A stretch of 64,000 nt of DNA from the human T2T-CHM13v2.0 reference genome, Homo sapiens: the NCBI RefSeq assembly GCF_009914755.1, contig NC_060936.1. One strand, 5' to 3'. The translations under genes were made by a program, and so were the position numbers. The stretch's first letter is position 1; each line of letters starts with the position of its first letter. Shown piece after piece: positions 54,097 through 64,000 of this stretch. The notes beneath the pieces were generated by a model, which was not told the origin of the DNA, did not search any database, and saw only the letters and a list, made by a program, of their open reading frames with translations.

Positions 54097-54115
54097 TGGC
54101 GCCCTCTACTGGAGG
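54097..54115 (-). promoter_or_regulatory. Strong CTCF core motif
   Basis: Reverse complement CCTCCAGTAGAGGGCGCCA matches CCASYAGRKGGCRS; lies in non-repeat DNA that retains CpGs. Confidence 0.7.
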
Positions 54116-54995
54116 TAAAAAACACATGGGCCCAGTGCCAACCTGTATTGATGTTTTCGTGGAGAGACACGGGGCAATAACAGGTGATTATCATTTGTTA
54201 TTTGTTGGTGCTTATTTGCATTTCCTAAATTTGGTAAAACAAAAGTATATTGTCTCTAATGACAAAAATAAAATTGTATTTAATTCCCTTGCTTGAATTA
54301 AAGTCTATTCCTTCTTGATGTCCCTCCGTAGAGAGAAAGTGTAATTAATCTGGGATTCTACATGTGATTCCTCTTATCTGCCTTAAAGGGTCTAGAAAAC
54401 TGTTAAGAACCACCAGCCTACACTCCAGAGTCATTCTCCAAGTCAGTACCAGAAACGCCGTGGATATAAATGATTTAACAGGACCTTCTGACTATATATG
54501 CCTGAAACCCCTTTGAAATTGTTGTTCAACATGGTAAGGGCTTTGGCACCAGACACACCTGGATTTGAACCCAGTTGCAACTGGTTTGCCAAAGTTGCTC
54601 CAATATTTTCCGTCCCGGTATCTATGCACCTTTGCAGTATGACTGCAGCACATCCCATCAAGAGTTCATTTTCCCCTCCTGGGGATCTGTGTGGCCTTGT
54701 GACTTGCTTTGACCACCAGAATGTAGCAGAAATGATGTTATGCTAGTTCCAAGTATAGGCCTCAAGAAGGTTTGTGGCTTCTTCTTGCTGCCTTTGACCC
54801 CTGTTCAGATGCCATGGGACCAGGTGCCTGGGTGCCCCATGATTCAGTGGACTGAAGACACATGAGCAAGTCCCATGGAGTCTAGAGGAGCCACCAAACT
54901 GCCTCACTGCAGAATCATGAGTTGAATTAATCATTGTTTTAAACCATGAATGCAAAGGTGGTTTGTTACAAAGTAGAAGCAAACCCTACATTCCA

Positions 54996-55660
<665 letters not shown>

Positions 55661-55914
55661 ATCTGACCTCCAGCAAGTCCCTTGTGAGTTCTAAGCCTCA
55701 GTTTTCACATCTGTCATACGGGGATAAAACAGTTGTTCAATGGACCAAGTAAGTTAGTCTGAGCAGAACATTTAGCAAAGTGCCCAGCACTTGGTAAGCT
55801 CCATTATTATATCTACTTTGGGGAAAGAAAGAAAAGAATGAGGAAGGGAGGAGAGAAGGAGGGTTGTAGAAAAGCACAGATCAGCGTAGAGGAATGGGCT
55901 CCTTAATGATCTAA

Positions 55915-56235
<321 letters not shown>

Positions 56236-58803
56236 TGACATTTATACTTAAAATTCAGAGTACATTACAAGGACTTCTGGTTGTTGAGCTTTTAAGAATT
56301 ATACAGCAAAATCTTTTTCATCTGGTTTTATGAGTTGCTGCAATAGGATAAAGCTATTGTAAATTAATGGAAACTTTTAATTGCATTTAATCACATCAAA
56401 ATATCTCCAACTAAATGTTTCTAAATAATGAACTTAAGGGAGCCATTTTTATAACTAGATAGGAACATTGTATAATTTAAGACATTATTTTTATGTAAGT
56501 GGATAGAGTTACAGTGGTGGGAAGCCAGTGGCTCTCTTGGGTGGCTAAATATTTCTTCTGCAATTTTGTTTCTAGTTTTTATTTGCCCTCCTCACAGATA
56601 AAACAGATATTTAGGCTGGGCGTGGTGGCTGATGCCTGTAATCCCAGCACTTTGGGAGGCTGAGGCAGGCGAATCGCTTGAGGTCAGGAGTTCGAGACCA
56701 GCCTGGTCAACATGGTGAAACCCCGTCTCTATTAAAAATACAAAAATTAGCCGGGTGTGGTGGCTTGCTCCCATAATCCCAGCTACTCGGGAAGCTGAGG
56801 TGGGAGGATCGCTTGAACCCAGGAGGTGGAGGTTGCAGTGAGCCGAGATATCACACCACTGCACTCCAGCCTGGGTGACAGAGTAAGAATCTGTCTCAAA
56901 AAAAAAAAAAAAAAAAAAAGCTATTTAGTGGAGTAGTTCAGATAATAGGTTTGGAGGGTCAAGTGATGTTTAGACATCAGCTCTGCCATTTACTAGCTAT
57001 GTGACCTTGGGCATGCTACTTAGTTTCTACAAAGCTCCAGCTTTTGTACCTGTAAAATGGAGATGATCATAATATCTACATCCTAAGATGAGCGTTAAAG
57101 TGGTAATACACGTAAAGCACAAGGCTCAGTGTCTGGAATGTAATGATAGCTCAATAAACACATGGAAGGGCTACAGTAGTGTTCAATACATGAATAACTA
57201 AATGGGGAAGAAGTAGGGAGCAGGCAGGCAAGCTGGGGACCCTTAAGATAAGCATGAGATAAGGGGGAAAGGCCCTCCTAGCTCCTCTATGTCCTTTATT
57301 TTATTCCCCTGGTGTCCTGTGCCATAATCCCAAAACCCCATGGGAAGAATCTCTCGTCCTCTTTGTAGTCCCGCCCCTTTGCTGTTTTGGGGTGTGATTT
57401 TCTCTGTTCCAGCTACTCCACCCTTGCAATCGCATCTGCTTATAGGCTTCCGGAGGCTTCTCAAAATTCTGATCCACTGATGGCACCATTTTCTTGCTCT
57501 CCAGTACTCTTAAGTATTTATTCTATTTCTTAGCTGGGCGCCATGATGCATGCCTGTAATCCCAGCACTTTGGAAGGCCAAGGTAGGCAGATCGCTTGAG
57601 GCCAGGTATTCAAGACCAGCCCAGGCAATACAGTTAGACCCCGATCTCTACCAAAAAATAGAAAAAATTAGCTGAGCATGGTGGTGTGTGCCTGGAAGGC
57701 TGAGGCAGAAGGATCACTTGAGCCTGGGAGTTCGAGGCTGCAGTGAGCCATGATTTTGCCACTGTACTCCAGCCTGGGTAACAGAGCGAGACCCTGTCTC
57801 TCACAAAAAGAAAAGATTTATTCTATTTCTTACTACTTCTATGTCATTTCCAGGAAATGTGGAAGAAGAAGAAATAGAAAATGTCACTTCTCATTCTACC
57901 ATCTTGAACAAGAATTTCTGTGGACATTCTGAATATTTAAATCCTTTATCTTTCCTTATATGAGAAGAAAATCCAGTGACTGTTTGAAGTCTATTTCTAC
58001 AGGCATCTCTCTGAGCATCCCTGGTAAGGGAATTTGATTTGCTCTTCTGTGAGTACATTCCTTCCAGCCACGAGGGGAAAACGGTATCGTCCTCAATGAA
58101 CTCATCATATTCATGAATAGGGCAGTAGTTGTGTCTGCAGGAATTCCTGGAGCTGGGCCAGAAGTGGAGCACATTGTCCACAAGTCCCTGCCAGCCCAGA
58201 TTTATGGCTGCGGCTCCATTAATAGCCTTTCCTTCAAGCTCCAGTGGTTTGTAAGCTCATCCCAGATCCAGAAGTGTATGTCAAATGCCTACTCTACAGA
58301 GCCCTGGAGGAATTAATCATGAATCAAGGAGGGAAGGACTGAGGAGAGCTGAGAGCCACTCACCATCCTTCCAGCCTCCCAAGTGGCAGGAGGAGGCTGG
58401 GAGTTTGCTCATGTGTCAAATCCATGTGGTCATATCTCCCCTGTCCCTGTTCTATCTACAGTGATACCTTGAGTCATTCATCCATCATCCATCATACATC
58501 ACAATGACGCTTGAGCTTCTTGCCAAAGCCTTCAGCAGATCAAATGCTTGTTAATAAATCTTGAGTGCTCTGCCAGGCACTGTCCTGGGCATTTTACAGA
58601 ATGTTGTCATTTAATGACTATTTTAAGGGACCCCATGAGGTGGGGATGTTGTTGTTCCATTTTAGAGATGAGAAAACAGATGCAGGAAGGTTCAGTGACT
58701 TGCCTGAGGTCATACAGCTATTATGTGACAGAGCAGCCAGGATTCAAACCCAAGCCGTCTGGTTTCAGAGCCCATGATCTATTTTAGAATTAGCATTATG
58801 CTG

Positions 58804-61835
<3,032 letters not shown>

Positions 61836-62016
61836 GGACCATGGTGCTCTTGCTCAATGCTGCGTCCTGGCACCTAGCATTTCTAGGTACTCAAGAAATA
61901 TTGGTGGAATAAATGAATACACTACAAGGGATCGCCCTGGTCCTCTTGCAAAATTTTCCTAATGATTCCTTACCTCCAAGCTGTTCTACCTGCCATAGCC
62001 AGATCCATACTTCTAG

Positions 62017-62539
<523 letters not shown>

Positions 62540-62877
62540 TAGAAAATGTCCTAGATCTTCTCCAAGTCTCCTTCTGGGTCTTTCCAAATCCTTTGCCTTC
62601 TTAATAGCAAGGCAGTAAAATGCAATGGGTATAGAGCCCAGGCACTGGGGTTAGAAGGTCCAGTTCCTATTCCAGCTCCTCCACCACTTCCTGGCTGTGT
62701 TGCCTAGAGCAAGTTACTTTACCTCTCTGTGCCTCAGTTTCTTTATCTGTAAAATGGGGTTAATAATAGAATTTACCTTCTAGGGAAAATGAGAGATTAA
62801 AGGAGATCATCTGGGTAAACCGTTTAGAACAGCACCTGCCACATAGTTAACACTAAATATTGGCTATTATCATTTTT

Positions 62878-63100
62878 TAGGGTGGAGTCCAACACGCATT
62901 TTCTATAATGGGCCACATAGTGAATAGTTCAGGCTTTGCAGGCCATATATCTGCTGAAACTACTCAGTTCTGTTGCTGTGGCATGAAAACGACCATAGAT
63001 AATACATAAATGGAGGGTGCGGTGTGTTCCAATAAAACTTTATTTACAAAACCAGTCAGCAGGTCGAATTCTGCCCGTATGCCATAGTGTGCCAATCTCT
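62878..63100 (+). mobile_element. MER58A-like hAT element
   Basis: ggctttgcaggccat...aactactcagttctg...tgttccaataaaactttatttacaaaa. Confidence 0.8.
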
Positions 63101-63708
63101 GCTTCAGGGCCCATCACAAATAGGAAGTCCTCCTCGATGCCCCAGGAGACAGTGGCTTCTTCCTACAGCTCTGAATATTCTCAGTACCTTAAACTACAAC
63201 AGCAACAGCAAATTGCTACCTGAGTGACATGTGGTTAGCATCATACTCTGCCTTGCGTTTAGGTAGGAAGAGCGTGGGAAGCAGCATTCATGGTAGCTAA
63301 AAGCATGGATATTGTAGTTACCCACCATGTGATTCAGACAGATGATTTCACTCTCTGAGGCTCAGTTTCCCCAACTGTAAAACGCAGATTGCAATAATAC
63401 AATAACACACACCTCTTGGGCTGCTGCAATGCGTCCAAGTGGAACAGTCAATCAATGCTAGATGCATTATTATTTCGCTTTTACAACCTTCCAGCCATTG
63501 TGTTGTTTTGCTGCTGTTGTTGATCATAACAATACTGATAATGATGCTATTTTCTTGCTACACCATAGCTCCTTGATCCTGGAAGCCCTGGTATAGCTAT
63601 CTCTGCACCCCTGCTGCCCCATCTCAGCCCCTAACTCCTGACCCAGACCATGAACAGACACGTGGATGGGCAGCCTGGCTGCATAGCCAGCACTGGGTAT
63701 TTACTTAC

Positions 63709-63833
63709 GACTGGGGAACTCCTCCGATCCCGAAGCCCACCAGGCCCCGGAGCACCAGGATCCAGCTATACACGGGCGCAAATGCACTAAGGATGCCATA
63801 GTACAGAGTCCACAGCACGCTGATCTTCAGCCC
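63709..63833 (-). CDS. SVOP: SV2-related protein SVOP, coding exon (first in window, probably exon 6)
   Basis: AG/GT boundaries on - strand; 125 nt; [41 protein letters not shown](S), MFS transmembrane segments. Confidence 0.97.
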
Positions 63834-64000
63834 CTGAAGAGAAGGAAGACACGGAATCACAAGGGCTTTTCAGCACCTCCAGGTAGCGTTTGCACCTCAC
63901 TGAGAGCCGCCGATAATGGGGTCACATTAAAGGGAGCCTACACAACCAAGGGGGTACTGGGTTCCTCTGTATGGGGAGTGCCAACCCACAGGGGTTGGGT

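Noticed and set aside
57891-58316. Non-repeat ORFs of 67-96 aa in an SVOP intron
   Set aside because: No recognisable homology or convincing splice sites; length within chance expectation
63869-63889. REST/RE1 site (TTCAGCACC) near an SVOP exon
   Set aside because: Only the left half-site is perfect; no GGACAG right half at canonical spacing

Overview
Human (primate) genomic DNA, recognisable from its translated exons as the DAO/SVOP tail-to-tail locus (chr12q24 by recollection). The + strand carries the last three coding exons of D-amino-acid oxidase (DAO; 1433-1550, 2132-2230, 3159-3290), ending in the peroxisomal PTS1 -SHL. The - strand carries the last 11 coding exons of the MFS/SV2-related transporter SVOP (63833 down to 15318; 1194 nt = 397 aa + stop), all with GT-AG boundaries and consistent phases. 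The rest is repeat-rich intronic/intergenic DNA: about 60 Alu pieces, L1/L2/MIR, ERV1/ERVL/MaLR LTRs, hAT/Tigger/mariner DNA transposons, a U6 pseudogene, a VNTR and microsatellites. Nearly all ORF-track entries are repeat artefacts, and I found no new protein-coding system. The most unusual structures are: (i) a ~1.5-kb composite block (unique DNA + LTR47 + U6-L1 chimera + Alu) sitting inside an L2 with a candidate 7-bp TSD, suggesting retro-duplication of a nuclear RNA primed on an Alu A-tail; (ii) a ~70-bp Alu flank copied from 16 kb away; (iii) a 46-bp-arm hairpin within an MLT1 LTR; (iv) a MADE1 split by an Alu that yields miR-548-type sites plus inverted Alus in a putative long SVOP 3' UTR; and (v) an 18-bp G-rich VNTR abutting an SVOP splice donor. 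Repeat family names come from memory of consensus sequences, not from a search.
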